From Pseudomonadota bacterium (GTDB taxonomy: Bacteria > Pseudomonadota > Gammaproteobacteria > Acidiferrobacterales > Acidiferrobacteraceae), in assembly GCA_021785035.1 (NCBI GenBank), contig JAJYGP010000063.1, forward strand, positions 17,254-81,253: a stretch of DNA of 64,000 nucleotides, read 5' to 3'. Position numbers and translations under genes: made by a program. Below are positions 32,005-42,277 of the stretch, in pieces. Under the pieces are notes generated by a model. That model was given only the letters and a program-made list of their open reading frames with translations, was not told the DNA's origin and searched no databases. Position 1 is the first letter of the stretch. Each line of letters begins with the position of its first letter.

Positions 32005-32924
32005 ATATCATTTTGATGCGCGAAGCCGACGCGAGCGCGCGGCGGATAACCTTGACGATTAGGCACCTCGTCTTCGGCGGCGTACTGCTGTTCGGGGTCG
32101 TTCCGCTTGTCTTGGGGGCACTGGCCTTTTGGGTTTCCGGTCTTGGTGGTCCGCTCCCCTTCGGCGCGAGGAGCCAGTCCGGCGGCCTGCAGCAGACGGT
32201 GGCGAGGGTTCAACGGCTACGGGACTTAAGCCGGACCGAACTCTCGGGTTTGGCTCAGGATATTGGGACGATAAAAGCGCAAACGAGCCGGCTCGACGTG
32301 TTGGGTGCGCGCCTGGGTGCCCTTGCTGATATTCGACCTACTGTGTGGCGCGGTCCGAACCCGACCGTGTCGCCGCCCGCGGGCCTTGGTAAGGATACGA
32401 ATTGGACCCTTGCAAGCCTCAAAACCCTATCGGCCAACTTACATACAGCCCTTGAGTATAAGGAAATGGAGCTTACCGCCTTGGGGGCTGTGTTGGCCGC
32501 GCGTCAAGTGAACGCGAACACCACACCCGGGGGTTGGCCGGTCCGAGGCGGCTGGATCTCCTCGCCCTTCGGGCCGCGCCCCGATCCGTTTACAGGACGT
32601 CCTGGCTTTCATCCGGGGGTCGATATCGCGGCCCCCACCGGGACCCCGGTCCGGGCCATGGCTGCGGGTATCGTGATATTCGCTGGGCTTGATGGCGGCT
32701 TCGGTCGGCTCATTAAGGTGTTCGATGGCCACAGTGAGGTCACGATGTATGCCCATCTCAGCGCCCGTTACGTGCATGTGGGAGAGATTATTCATAAAGG
32801 TCAATTGCTCGGTCGGGTAGGCGACACCGGCTATTCCACCGGTCCACACCTCCATTTTGAGGTCCTTTTGCACGGCACCCCCATCAATCCTATCGGTTTT
32901 CTCCATATAGCCGATCGTCGTTAG
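32001..32924 (+). CDS. M23/LytM-family metallopeptidase
   Basis: 307 aa. N-terminal TM plus coiled region. Catalytic motifs HPGVDIAAPTGTPV and GYSTGPHLHFEV. Confidence 0.88.
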   Translation: MNIILMREADASARRITLTIRHLVFGGVLLFGVVPLVLGALAFWVSGLGGPLPFGARSQSGGLQQTVARVQRLRDLSRTELSGLAQDIGTIKAQTSRLDVLGARLGALADIRPTVWRGPNPTVSPPAGLGKDTNWTLASLKTLSANLHTALEYKEMELTALGAVLAARQVNANTTPGGWPVRGGWISSPFGPRPDPFTGRPGFHPGVDIAAPTGTPVRAMAAGIVIFAGLDGGFGRLIKVFDGHSEVTMYAHLSARYVHVGEIIHKGQLLGRVGDTGYSTGPHLHFEVLLHGTPINPIGFLHIADRR

Positions 32925-32992
32925 CGCTCAAGTGTTCAAGTAAGGCGCCTTTTCAGCCATAATGCCGCTTTCCTCGGGTCGCCAAGAAGGCT

Positions 32993-35683
32993 ATGGTCGC
33001 AAACGTCTTAAGCAAGTTCTTCGGAAGCCGCAATGATCGTGTTGTGCGGCGTATGCGCCAGCAAGTCGGCCGCATCAATGAGTGGGAACCGAAGTGCAGC
33101 ACGCTCTCCGATGAGGCCTTGCGGGCCCAGACAATCAAATTCCGCGAGCGGCTTGCGCGCGGCGAGCCGCTTTCGGCGCTTTTGCCCGAAGCGTTCGCGA
33201 CGGTGCGCGAGGCCTCCAAGCGGGTTCTCGGTATGCGCCACTTCGATGTCCAGCTGATAGGCGGCATGGTCTTGCACGAAGGCAAGATCGCAGAGATGCG
33301 GACTGGAGAAGGAAAGACGCTGGTCGCCACCCTCGCGGCCTATTTGAATGCCTTGCCAGGATCGGGCGTGCATGTGGTCACGGTCAACGACTATCTTGCT
33401 GCCCGAGACGCCGAATGGATGGGGCGGCTCTATAGCTTCCTCGGCCTTACGGTAGGGACCGTCGTGTCCACCCTAGACGGCCCCGCAAGACGGGACGCCT
33501 ACGGCGCCGATATCACCTACGGCACCAATAATGAGTTTGGATTCGACTACCTCCGCGACAATATGGCTTTTAGCGCCGAGGAGCGGGTGCAGCGCGTCCT
33601 GAACTACGCCATCGTCGATGAGGTCGACTCGATCCTGATTGATGAGGCGAGAACCCCGCTCATCATTTCCGGGCCCACCGAAGAGAATACCGACCTCTAC
33701 GCAAAAATCGATGCCATCGTGCCGAAGCTTACGTGCCAGACCGAGGAGGGCGGAGCGGGGGATTACACGGTAGACGAGAAGGCCAAACAGATCTATCTCA
33801 CCGAAGAAGGTCACGAGGCCGCCGAACGTCTCTTGGCGAAGGCCGGTCTTTTGGCGGATGGAGCGAGTCTCTATGACGTCGCCAATATGGCGCTCCTCCA
33901 TCACGTCAATGCGGCCCTGCGCGCCCATGCCCTCTATCACCGCGAGGTGGACTACATCGTCTCTGACGGCCAAATCGTGATTGTCGATGAATTCACCGGG
34001 CGCATGATGCCGGGCCGCCGCTGGTCAGACGGGCTTCATCAAGCCGTTGAGGCGAAGGAGCGCGTCGAAATCCAAAACGAGAATCAGACACTTGCCTCGA
34101 TCACCTTCCAGAATTACTTCCGTCTTTACGAGAAACTGGCGGGTATGACCGGTACGGCCGATACCGAGGCGTTTGAATTCCAGGAGATCTATAACCTCGA
34201 GGTCACGGTGATACCGACCCATCGCCCGGCCGTCCGCGAGGATATGGGGGATCAAGTCTATCGCAGCGCCGCGGAAAAGCATGCCGCGATCGTGGCCGAT
34301 ATCGAGTCGTCGCATGAAAAGGGTCAGCCGGTGCTTGTGGGTACGGCGTCGATCGAAAGCTCCGAGAATTTGTCGGGCTTATTGAAGAAGAGCAAGATCC
34401 CTCATGAGGTTTTGAATGCCAAACACCATGAGCGTGAGGCCCACATCATTGCTCAGGCGGGCCGCGAGGGGGCGGTGACGATCGCCACCAACATGGCTGG
34501 TCGTGGAACAGATATCGTTTTAGGCGGGAATCCAGAGGCGGATACCAAGCAGGCAACCACCGATGAGGAGCGGGCTGCGGTCCTCCGGGACTGGCAGCTG
34601 CGCCACGATCGGGTTATCGCGGCCGGCGGCCTCAAGGTGATCGGAACGGAACGCCACGAGTCGCGGCGTATCGACAATCAGCTGCGCGGCCGCTCGGGAC
34701 GCCAGGGAGACCCGGGTACGACGCGGTTCTATCTCTCTCTTGAAGACAACTTGATGCGTATCTTTGGGTCGGAGCGCGTAGCCGGTCTCATGGATAAGCT
34801 TGGCATGGAACAGGGTGAGGCCATAGAACACCCGTGGGTAACGAAGGCCATCGAAAACGCACAACGCAAGGTCGAGGCGCACAATTTTGATATTCGTAAG
34901 CAGCTTCTGGAATACGATGATGTGGCCAATGATCAGCGAAAAGTCATCTATGATCAGCGCAATAAGCTGCTCGTCGCAGAGGACGTGAGCGCGAGCGTTG
35001 CTGCCATCCATCAGGATGTCGTTGAGGCGCTCATCAGTAGCCATATCCCCCGAAATAGCTTCGAAGAGCAGTGGGATATCGGAGGCCTTAAGGAGACGCT
35101 GATACGCGAACTCCGGCTCGAGTTGCCGCTCGACCGCTGGTTGAAGGAGGACAGCGCCCTCGATGAGGAGGCTCTACGGGCCCGCATCCAAGAGGAGGCA
35201 CAGAACAGCTATAAGCAGAAGACTGAGCAGCTTGGGGCGGAGACCATGCGCCATCTCGAAAAGGCGATCATGCTCCAGGTCCTCGATCTCCAGTGGAAGG
35301 ATCATCTGGCGGCTATGGACCATTTGCGTCAGGGTATCCAATTACGCGGCTATGCCCAAAAGAGCCCGCAGCAGGAGTATAAGCGTGAGGCCTTCGAGCT
35401 ATTTTCGCAAATGCTGGACCGCATCAAGCACGAGGTCATTACGACGATCGCTCAGGTTGACATCCAAGACGAGAGCGACATTGAATTCATAGACGAGCAA
35501 CGCCGTCAGCACGGGGAGACGTTTTACGAACACCCAAGCGTCCTCGGAGTGGAGGGTGAGGCCGACGATGTCGGAGCATCGGTCCAGACAGTGACCCGGG
35601 TGGGTCCCAAGGTCGGTCGGAACGATCCCTGTCCGTGCGGGTCCGGTAAGAAGTATAAGCAATGTCACGGCAGGCTTGCCTAG
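32993..35683 (+). CDS. secA: Preprotein translocase ATPase SecA
   Basis: 896 aa. N-terminal ...[14 protein letters not shown], Walker [11 protein letters not shown]-terminal zinc finger [14 protein letters not shown]. Confidence 0.97.
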   Translation: MVANVLSKFFGSRNDRVVRRMRQQVGRINEWEPKCSTLSDEALRAQTIKFRERLARGEPLSALLPEAFATVREASKRVLGMRHFDVQLIGGMVLHEGKIAEMRTGEGKTLVATLAAYLNALPGSGVHVVTVNDYLAARDAEWMGRLYSFLGLTVGTVVSTLDGPARRDAYGADITYGTNNEFGFDYLRDNMAFSAEERVQRVLNYAIVDEVDSILIDEARTPLIISGPTEENTDLYAKIDAIVPKLTCQTEEGGAGDYTVDEKAKQIYLTEEGHEAAERLLAKAGLLADGASLYDVANMALLHHVNAALRAHALYHREVDYIVSDGQIVIVDEFTGRMMPGRRWSDGLHQAVEAKERVEIQNENQTLASITFQNYFRLYEKLAGMTGTADTEAFEFQEIYNLEVTVIPTHRPAVREDMGDQVYRSAAEKHAAIVADIESSHEKGQPVLVGTASIESSENLSGLLKKSKIPHEVLNAKHHEREAHIIAQAGREGAVTIATNMAGRGTDIVLGGNPEADTKQATTDEERAAVLRDWQLRHDRVIAAGGLKVIGTERHESRRIDNQLRGRSGRQGDPGTTRFYLSLEDNLMRIFGSERVAGLMDKLGMEQGEAIEHPWVTKAIENAQRKVEAHNFDIRKQLLEYDDVANDQRKVIYDQRNKLLVAEDVSASVAAIHQDVVEALISSHIPRNSFEEQWDIGGLKETLIRELRLELPLDRWLKEDSALDEEALRARIQEEAQNSYKQKTEQLGAETMRHLEKAIMLQVLDLQWKDHLAAMDHLRQGIQLRGYAQKSPQQEYKREAFELFSQMLDRIKHEVITTIAQVDIQDESDIEFIDEQRRQHGETFYEHPSVLGVEGEADDVGASVQTVTRVGPKVGRNDPCPCGSGKKYKQCHGRLA

Positions 35684-35692
35684 GAGAATGGT

Positions 35693-36904
35693 ATGTCAGA
35701 AGCGATAATACCCCCTCTAGGAGTCGTGCCCGGCATACGCCTGGGGACTACCATGGCGGGGATCCGTAAGGCCGCCCGACCCGATCTCGTGGTCATCCAG
35801 TGTGAGTCGGGAACGACCGCCGCGGCCGCATTCACCCAAAGCCATTTCGCGGCCGCTCCGGTGTTGGTTGCCAAGGCCCATTTGGCGCGCGCCGAACCTC
35901 GTGCCTTAGTCATTAACACGGGTTTTGCGAATGCCGCGACCGGTGAGGGCGGGCAGCAGGATGCTTATGCCTGCTGTATGGCCCTCGCGCGCGAGTTGGG
36001 CTGTGGCCCAGAAGAGATTTTGCCATTTTCCACCGGGGTGATTGGCGAACGTTTGCCGGTGGCCGCTTTGGTGGCCGGCTTGCCGTCTGCAATCGCAAGC
36101 GCGACCGAGGATGGCTGGCTTCAGGCAGCGCACGGGATCATGACCACCGACACGGTGGCCAAGGCCTCGGCGGCAAGGCTTGTGTTGGACGATAAGCTGG
36201 TTCGGTTGGTGGGTATCGCCAAAGGGTCGGGGATGATTCACCCGAATATGGCGACGATGCTAGCGTTTATCGGCACTGATCTTTCGGCGCCTAGGACGGT
36301 TTTGAAGGCCGCCCTGGACGAGGCGATTCGGTCAACATTCAATGCGATCTCGGTCGATGGCGATACCTCGACCAACGATGCCGTGATCGCGCTGGCCACA
36401 GGCAAGTCGGGCGTGCGGATCGATCGCAGCGATGGTCCGGTGTTTGCGCGTTTTGTGGCGGTTCTGGAGACGCTCTGTGCCGAGTTGGCCCACGCCATCG
36501 TGCGTGACGGGGAAGGGGCGACCAAGTTCGTAAGGGTGGATGTTTCGGGTGGGCGCTCGCACCACGAGTGCCAAGTTGTCGCCAACACCATCGCCCAGTC
36601 GCCGTTGGTAAAGACCGCGCTTTTTGCAAGCGACCCCAATTGGGGTCGGATTCTCATGGCGGTCGGCCGGTCACCTATTGCCTTGGATGATCCAAATCGC
36701 GTCACCGTCACCCTAAACGGCCTACGGGTCTTTACCAATGGCGCCGTGGACCCCGCCTATCGCGAAGAGCAGGGTCAGAAGGCATTGGCGGCATCGGATA
36801 TCGTCATCGGCGTCGATCTCGGCCAGGGATTGGAAAAGGCCACCGTCTTTACCTGCGACTTGTCGTACGATTATGTCCGCATCAATGGGTCTTACCGCAC
36901 CTAA
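35693..36904 (+). CDS. argJ: Bifunctional glutamate N-acetyltransferase / amino-acid acetyltransferase ArgJ
   Basis: 403 aa. Autoprocessing site context ...PNMATMLAFI... and C-terminal VRINGSYRT are typical of ArgJ. Confidence 0.9.
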   Translation: MSEAIIPPLGVVPGIRLGTTMAGIRKAARPDLVVIQCESGTTAAAAFTQSHFAAAPVLVAKAHLARAEPRALVINTGFANAATGEGGQQDAYACCMALARELGCGPEEILPFSTGVIGERLPVAALVAGLPSAIASATEDGWLQAAHGIMTTDTVAKASAARLVLDDKLVRLVGIAKGSGMIHPNMATMLAFIGTDLSAPRTVLKAALDEAIRSTFNAISVDGDTSTNDAVIALATGKSGVRIDRSDGPVFARFVAVLETLCAELAHAIVRDGEGATKFVRVDVSGGRSHHECQVVANTIAQSPLVKTALFASDPNWGRILMAVGRSPIALDDPNRVTVTLNGLRVFTNGAVDPAYREEQGQKALAASDIVIGVDLGQGLEKATVFTCDLSYDYVRINGSYRT

Positions 36905-37823
36905 GCCCGTTGTCGTCGGAATTATCCAGGATCCGACCGGCCGGGTCCTCGTTGCGTGCCGACTGTCAACCAAGGTGGGCGGAGGTCTCTGGGAGTTCCC
37001 TGGTGGTAAGGTACGCGAAGGCGAATCCGAAGAAGCGGCTTTACGGCGCGAGCTTGACGAGGAGTTGGGGATAACGGCAGGGCGGTGTGAATCGCTTCCG
37101 CATTTTCGGGCGGATCCGCCCCCGTCTATCAGTCTGTCTTTTTGGCGGGTCCACAACTATCGGGGCGTGCCCTACGGGCGTGAGGGTCAGGATGTGCGAT
37201 GGTGCACTCTAGACGACCTCGTGACGTTACCTTTTCTGCCTGCCGATCTTCCAATTTTCCCGCGCCTCACCTTGCCGTCTCTCTATCTTATCAGCGATGT
37301 GGAGCGTCTCGGTGAACAGTTGTTTGAGGAACGATTGCAGGCAGCGCTCCTACGCGGCGCGCGTCTTATTCAGTTGCGCGAGCCTTGGGTCTACGCGCGA
37401 CTGGGCGCGTATGCCGGGCGGCTCAAAGATCTGTGCGCTCCTTATGGTGCGCGCTGCCTCGTGAACGGCGACCCGCAGCAGGTCGGTTCCTTTGCAGACG
37501 GTGTCCATCTCTCGTCAGCTCGCCTTTGGCAACTGTCCGAACGACCGCTGTCGACGGATTGCGTCATCGGCGCCTCGTGTCACAACGAACGGGACCTGCA
37601 AAAGGCGGCAGAAGTGGGCTGCGATTTTGCGGTTTTGTCCCCCGTTCGGCAGACCCAAAGCCATCCCGATAGGGAGCCTCTCGGTTGGTCGCGCTTCGCC
37701 GAACTGGCGGCCTCAACTTGGTTGCCCGTCTATGCCTTGGGAGGCCTGAAAGAACAGGATTGCCGAGAGGCTCACCAGGCCTTTGCGCAAGGCGTCGCCC
37801 TTCGCAGCGCCGTTTTTGGATAA
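36885..37823 (+). CDS. Nudix (MutT-like) hydrolase fused to a ThiE/TenI-like domain
   Basis: Nudix box GGKVREGESEEAALRRELDEELGI in the N-terminal half. C-terminal half has a TIM-barrel ThiE/TenI-like look (...LSPVRQTQSHP...VYALGGL...). Start taken at ATG 36885, overlapping the last 20 nt of argJ. Confidence 0.75.
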   Translation: MGLTAPKPVVVGIIQDPTGRVLVACRLSTKVGGGLWEFPGGKVREGESEEAALRRELDEELGITAGRCESLPHFRADPPPSISLSFWRVHNYRGVPYGREGQDVRWCTLDDLVTLPFLPADLPIFPRLTLPSLYLISDVERLGEQLFEERLQAALLRGARLIQLREPWVYARLGAYAGRLKDLCAPYGARCLVNGDPQQVGSFADGVHLSSARLWQLSERPLSTDCVIGASCHNERDLQKAAEVGCDFAVLSPVRQTQSHPDREPLGWSRFAELAASTWLPVYALGGLKEQDCREAHQAFAQGVALRSAVFG

Positions 37824-38072
37824 GGTGCACAAAAAAGGCGCGTCGCCCTTGCCAAATCTTTGATTGATCGAGTTCCGGACAAAGCCAAGCGGTTCCCATG
37901 TTTTCAGGGCCTTGCTGCCCAATACGGTATGCCGCATGTCGTGCGCTGCGCCACCCTCTGACGATCTAACCGTTGTGGCAAAGTCGCCTGCTTTCCTTTA
38001 GAGTCGTTCCTATGGCTCGTTTCGTAGAGCGGCAGATATCGTCCAGCGAGTGGCGGATTAAAGGGGTCGTCT

Positions 38073-38405
38073 ATGAGTAAAGCGGATAGCTTAAGTTCGG
38101 TTTTCGATCAGTTACTGTCGGATGTGAAGGCGGTGTTGGCCGATAGCGAACGACTGCTTCAGGTGACGACTGAGGAAGGGACTGAGGCGCTCGCGGTCTT
38201 GCGCGCCGATTTTGCAGAACGGCTCCACGCTGCGAAGGGGCGGTTAAAGACGGCGGAAAAAGTGGCTTTCGATAAGACGGCCGGGGGAATCGCGGTCGTA
38301 GAGGACGCGATTCGCACAAACCCCTGGCAGACGCTGTTAGTGGTCGGCGGGGCCGCGGCCCTTATAGGTTATCTGGCCGGTCGCGCTGGGTCTGGCCGTG
38401 GGTGA
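38073..38405 (+). CDS. ElaB/YqjD/DUF883-family tail-anchored stress protein
   Basis: 110 aa. Helical N-terminal part; C-terminal NPWQTLLVVGGAAALIGYLAG anchor typical of the family. Confidence 0.7.
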   Translation: MSKADSLSSVFDQLLSDVKAVLADSERLLQVTTEEGTEALAVLRADFAERLHAAKGRLKTAEKVAFDKTAGGIAVVEDAIRTNPWQTLLVVGGAAALIGYLAGRAGSGRG

Positions 38406-38763
38406 CGGGGACTTAGAAGGGCGCCCATCAGGTGGCGATCGCGCGGCTTCTAGCCCCTTTGTCGCCGGGCTCGTGTCGCTTCTAGCGGCGCTTATCAATC
38501 AGCGCTACGCAGAGCCCCTTCATGCGCTCCGCGCCGAAAAGCGCCGGCTTCTGCGGGGCGCGGCGTTCGCCGCTTGCGCCGCTCTCTTCTCCGTGATAGG
38601 TGTTGTGGCCCTGTCGTTTCTTGTGGTCGCGATCTTTTGGAATCATGATCGCCTAGTGGCGGTAGGAGCCGTGGTCGGCTTTTATTGGGTGCTAGCGCTG
38701 ATATTTTTCTGGCGGTGGCGGGTTCTTGTCAAACAGGGCAGTCATCTCTTTGGCCCGCGTTAG
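38398..38763 (+). CDS. YqjE-like small membrane protein (DUF1469-like)
   Basis: 121 aa, two TM hairpins. Overlaps the stop of the yqjD-like gene, as in yqjD-yqjE pairs. Assignment is by context and topology only. Confidence 0.5.
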   Translation: MGDGDLEGRPSGGDRAASSPFVAGLVSLLAALINQRYAEPLHALRAEKRRLLRGAAFAACAALFSVIGVVALSFLVVAIFWNHDRLVAVGAVVGFYWVLALIFFWRWRVLVKQGSHLFGPR

Positions 38764-38782
38764 CGGTGCGGGCCACTATCCC

Positions 38783-39382
38783 TTAGCCCGCAATGGGTTT
38801 TAGCAAATAGCGTTCATGGAGTGCGCGAACGCGTATCAAAAGCTCAGCCGGCGAATCGTCATTTACGATCAGGTCGTCTGCTAGGGCCCTACGTTTTTCG
38901 CGGTTCGCCTGGATCGCGAGCAGATTGTCGATTGTCTCAGGGGTGAGCCCGCGAGCCTGCAAGCGCCGTAGTTGTTCTTTAGGATCGACATCTATGACCA
39001 AAACCCGGTTCACAAAATCCGGCCGCCCGACCTCGGCCAGGAGCGGGATGACCAGCAGGGCATAGGGGTGGGCATCCTTGGATCGTCTTCGTAAGGCCTC
39101 GTGAATGGGTGGGTGAAGTATGGCCTCGAGCGTTTTACGCGCGACTGGGTCAGTAAAGACCCGTCGCCGCAGGAGCGGGCGCGCAATACGGCCCTCGCTG
39201 TCAGCGATGTCCTCGCCGAAGGTGGCCCGCAGGATGGTATTGATCTCTTGCCCTGGCTCCATGAGTTCGTGTGCAATGCTGTCGGCGTCGATAACGAGCG
39301 CCCCGCACTCGGCAAACATTTGGGCGGCGGCGGATTTGCCAGCGCCGGCACCGCCTGTCAAAGCGACCCTATAAGTGGCCAT
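38783..39382 (-). CDS. coaE: Dephospho-CoA kinase
   Basis: 199 aa. P-loop LTGGAGAGKS. Directly downstream of pilD, as in pilBCD-coaE loci. Confidence 0.9.
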   Translation of the reverse strand: MATYRVALTGGAGAGKSAAAQMFAECGALVIDADSIAHELMEPGQEINTILRATFGEDIADSEGRIARPLLRRRVFTDPVARKTLEAILHPPIHEALRRRSKDAHPYALLVIPLLAEVGRPDFVNRVLVIDVDPKEQLRRLQARGLTPETIDNLLAIQANREKRRALADDLIVNDDSPAELLIRVRALHERYLLKPIAG

Positions 39383-40241
39383 GTGCCATATGTAGATAAC
39401 CCGCCAGGATGGGCCAGCCGTAGAAAAGCCCGATCCATGTCGCCCAGCATAGGAATGGCCCGAAGGGCATCGGCGTATCGCGCTGTAGACGCCCGGTCAC
39501 GATCAATATGATCCCGTACACGGCGCCCGTGAGTGATGCGAGCAGTATGATCAAAGGAAGTATCTGCCACCCAAGCCATGCCCCGGCGACGGCAAAGAGC
39601 TTGAAGTCGCCATAACCCATGCCTTCTTTGCCTGTGGCAAAACGAAACGCGTGAAATATGACCCATAAAAAGAGGTAGCCAAACGCTGCGCCCCAGACCG
39701 CCGATGGCAAAGAGGTGTAAAGCCCTGCGGTATTCGCAAGGAGGCCTAGCCACAGAAGAGGTAGGGTAATGATATCGGGAAGAATCTGCTCTTTCGAGTC
39801 GATAAAGCTGAGTGCGATAAGGCCTGTGGTCAGAAGAAAGGCGAACCCGGCCCGCGCCGTCAGCCCGAAGTGTGCGACCGTGGCCAACGCGGCCAGGGTT
39901 GTCAGTACCTCGATCAAAAAGTAGCGGCTGGGAATCCGGGCGCGGCAGTGGCGGCATCGTCCTCGGAGCGCAAGGAAACCAAAGAGCGGGATATTGTCCC
40001 GCAGCCCTAAGGCCGTTTGGCATGCGGGACAATGGGATCCCGGCCACGCGAGGTTAAAGGTTGGTCCCGGTTCCGGGTGCGGCAAGCCTAAGGCTTCGCG
40101 ACAGTCCCGTTCCCAGTTGCGCTTCAGGATGAGAGGGAGTCGATAGACCAGCATGCTGAGGAAGCTGCCGATAACGGCCCCTCCCATGATGACAAATACA
40201 GCAACCACAAATGGCAGAGAGGGGTGAGTGCTTACAGTCAT
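39369..40241 (-). CDS. pilD: Prepilin peptidase / N-methyltransferase
   Basis: 290 aa. Cys clusters CPACQ...CRHCR; multi-TM; GMGYGDFKL aspartyl-peptidase motif. Confidence 0.92.
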   Translation of the reverse strand: MTVSTHPSLPFVVAVFVIMGGAVIGSFLSMLVYRLPLILKRNWERDCREALGLPHPEPGPTFNLAWPGSHCPACQTALGLRDNIPLFGFLALRGRCRHCRARIPSRYFLIEVLTTLAALATVAHFGLTARAGFAFLLTTGLIALSFIDSKEQILPDIITLPLLWLGLLANTAGLYTSLPSAVWGAAFGYLFLWVIFHAFRFATGKEGMGYGDFKLFAVAGAWLGWQILPLIILLASLTGAVYGIILIVTGRLQRDTPMPFGPFLCWATWIGLFYGWPILAGYLHMAHGHL

Positions 40242-40386
40242 GTTGGTTGGCTAATGAACTCAGTTAAAGAGCGGAAAGGTTGACGGCCCGGGGGGCTGCT
40301 GTCAATGACATCCGGGGATGTGTAGGACCAAGCTGCCGGGTGCGGTTGTCACCATCGTGCCCCCATCGCAGATCGGAGGGGTGGCG

Positions 40387-42111
40387 TTACTCGTTTGTGA
40401 CCCGCTCTACTTCCTCGAGGCTTGTGATCCCTTCCCTCACCTTTCTAAGACCCGACTGGCGCAAGTCGGCGATCCCTTCTTTGTGAGCTTGCTTGGCGAT
40501 GTCCGTAGGATTGCCGCCGCTCATGATGATAAGCCCAATCGCCGGAGTGACCGGCATGACCTGATAGATACCCACTCGGCCCTTGTAGCCGCCGTTGCAT
40601 TGATCGCACCCGCCTGGGCCATAAATGCGCAAGTTGGGAAGCTCGGCTTCGCTAAACCCCGCCTGAAGGAGGGCCGCGGCCGGAAGCTCCAGCGGTTTAC
40701 GGCAGCGCGAACACAGGCGCCGAGCCAAGCGCTGAGCGATAATCAGATTGACCGCTGAGGCGATATTGAAGGGCGGAACACCCATATTTACAAGCCGCCC
40801 CAGGGTCTGGGGGGCGTCGTTCGTATGCAGCGTCGAAATCACCATATGCCCGGTTTGCGCGGCCTTGATGGCAATCTCGGCCGTTTCCAGATCGCGTATC
40901 TCACCCACCATGATGACGTCCGGGTCTTGGCGCAGAAAGGCGCGCAAGGCCGTGGCAAAGGTCAATTTGGCGCGTTCATTAATGTTGACCTGGTTGATGC
41001 CGGCAAGGTTGATTTCCACCGGGTCCTCGGCCGTCGAAATGTTTCGGTCCGGGGTATTCAAGATATTGAGTGCGGTATATAGGGTCACGGTCTTACCGCT
41101 TCCCGTGGGTCCGGTTACCAACACCATGCCGTAGGGGCGGTGGATGGCCTCCATGTACACCGCCTTTTGTTCAGCCTCGAATCCCAATTTATCGACGCCT
41201 AAAGAGGCCGAAGCCGGATCGAGGAGGCGGAGCACGACCTTTTCCCCGAAGAGGGTGGGTAGAGTGCTGACACGAAAGTCGATTGCACGGGTTTTCGAGA
41301 CCCGAATCTTCATGCGTCCGTCTTGAGGGATGCGCCGCTCCGAGATGTCGAGCCTCGCTAAAATCTTAACGCGGGCCGCGATCCGCGCCGCAAGCGCGAT
41401 CGGTGGCGATGCCACTTCCTCTAGTACGCCATCGGTCCGAAACCGGACGCGATAGACGCGCTCGTAGGGCTCGATATGGATGTCGGACGCCCCGCGGCTA
41501 ATGGCGTCTAGCAGGATCTTATTCACAAAACGGACGATCGGCTTATCGTTGACGTCGTCCGCGCCATCTTCCTCTTTAGACTCGTTTTCTATGCCGACCT
41601 CGACGTTGTCGAGGGCCTCGCTGGCCGCCATGTCGGCGAGCGAGCTGTCTTGATGGTCGAGGTTGCGGTCTATCAGTTGTCCGAGCTTGCCTTCCTCTAC
41701 GAGCAGCGGTTCCGGCAGCAGACCGGTATTGAACTTGATCTCGTCGAGCGCCGCCAAGTTCGTGGGGTCGGCGACGGCTACGAATAGCCGTGTGCCGCGC
41801 TTGAATATCGGGAGTACACGATGGCGCCTTATGAGCTTCGCGTCGACGAGCTTGATCGGGAAGGTCTCGGTATCGAGTGCATTGATGTCAAGGAGCGGGA
41901 TACCGAACTCCTCAGATGCCACTTTCGCGATCGTCAGCGAGTCAAGCTTCTTGCTCTCGACGAGACGCGTAACGAAGGAGACCTTATTGGTCTGAGACTC
42001 GGTATTCAGGCGTTCGGCCTCAGCCGTGGTCAGCAGCTGATCACGTACAAGGCGCGCCGCGAGGCCCGTAAGAAGAACACCACCGTTGACGATCGGATTG
42101 ACTGTAGCCAT
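40387..42111 (-). CDS. pilB: Type IV pilus assembly ATPase PilB
   Basis: 574 aa. N-terminal T2SSE_N-type domain; Walker A GPTGSGKT; Asp/His boxes; tetracysteine CSRC...CDQC. Confidence 0.9.
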   Translation of the reverse strand: MATVNPIVNGGVLLTGLAARLVRDQLLTTAEAERLNTESQTNKVSFVTRLVESKKLDSLTIAKVASEEFGIPLLDINALDTETFPIKLVDAKLIRRHRVLPIFKRGTRLFVAVADPTNLAALDEIKFNTGLLPEPLLVEEGKLGQLIDRNLDHQDSSLADMAASEALDNVEVGIENESKEEDGADDVNDKPIVRFVNKILLDAISRGASDIHIEPYERVYRVRFRTDGVLEEVASPPIALAARIAARVKILARLDISERRIPQDGRMKIRVSKTRAIDFRVSTLPTLFGEKVVLRLLDPASASLGVDKLGFEAEQKAVYMEAIHRPYGMVLVTGPTGSGKTVTLYTALNILNTPDRNISTAEDPVEINLAGINQVNINERAKLTFATALRAFLRQDPDVIMVGEIRDLETAEIAIKAAQTGHMVISTLHTNDAPQTLGRLVNMGVPPFNIASAVNLIIAQRLARRLCSRCRKPLELPAAALLQAGFSEAELPNLRIYGPGGCDQCNGGYKGRVGIYQVMPVTPAIGLIIMSGGNPTDIAKQAHKEGIADLRQSGLRKVREGITSLEEVERVTNE

Positions 42112-42236
42112 AGACGTACGTTCGTACCTTACCGGATACTTCTGTGAGCTTGCCTTTTATAGTAGTTGAGTTAGCGCCATACGCCAGTCCCCGACGGAGA
42201 GTCATGAGGATTGACTTGACCTTCTTGATTCACTAT

Positions 42237-42253
42237 CTTAGACTAATTCTAAG
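42237..42253. promoter_or_regulatory. 6-5-6 palindrome CTTAGA-ctaat-TCTAAG over the candidate promoter of the rubrerythrin operon
   Basis: Read directly, 25 nt upstream of ATG 42278. TTGACT/TTGACC (42211-42221) lie 17 nt upstream of TATCTT/TAGACT, so the palindrome overlaps the putative -10. Confidence 0.4.
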
Positions 42254-42277
42254 TTAAACCCAAGCACGGAGTATAGT

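Noticed and set aside
39358-40047. 229-aa alternative-frame ORF inside pilD on the same strand
   Set aside because: The pilD frame has the diagnostic Cys clusters and peptidase motif. The alternative frame is Arg/Pro/Gly-rich noise.
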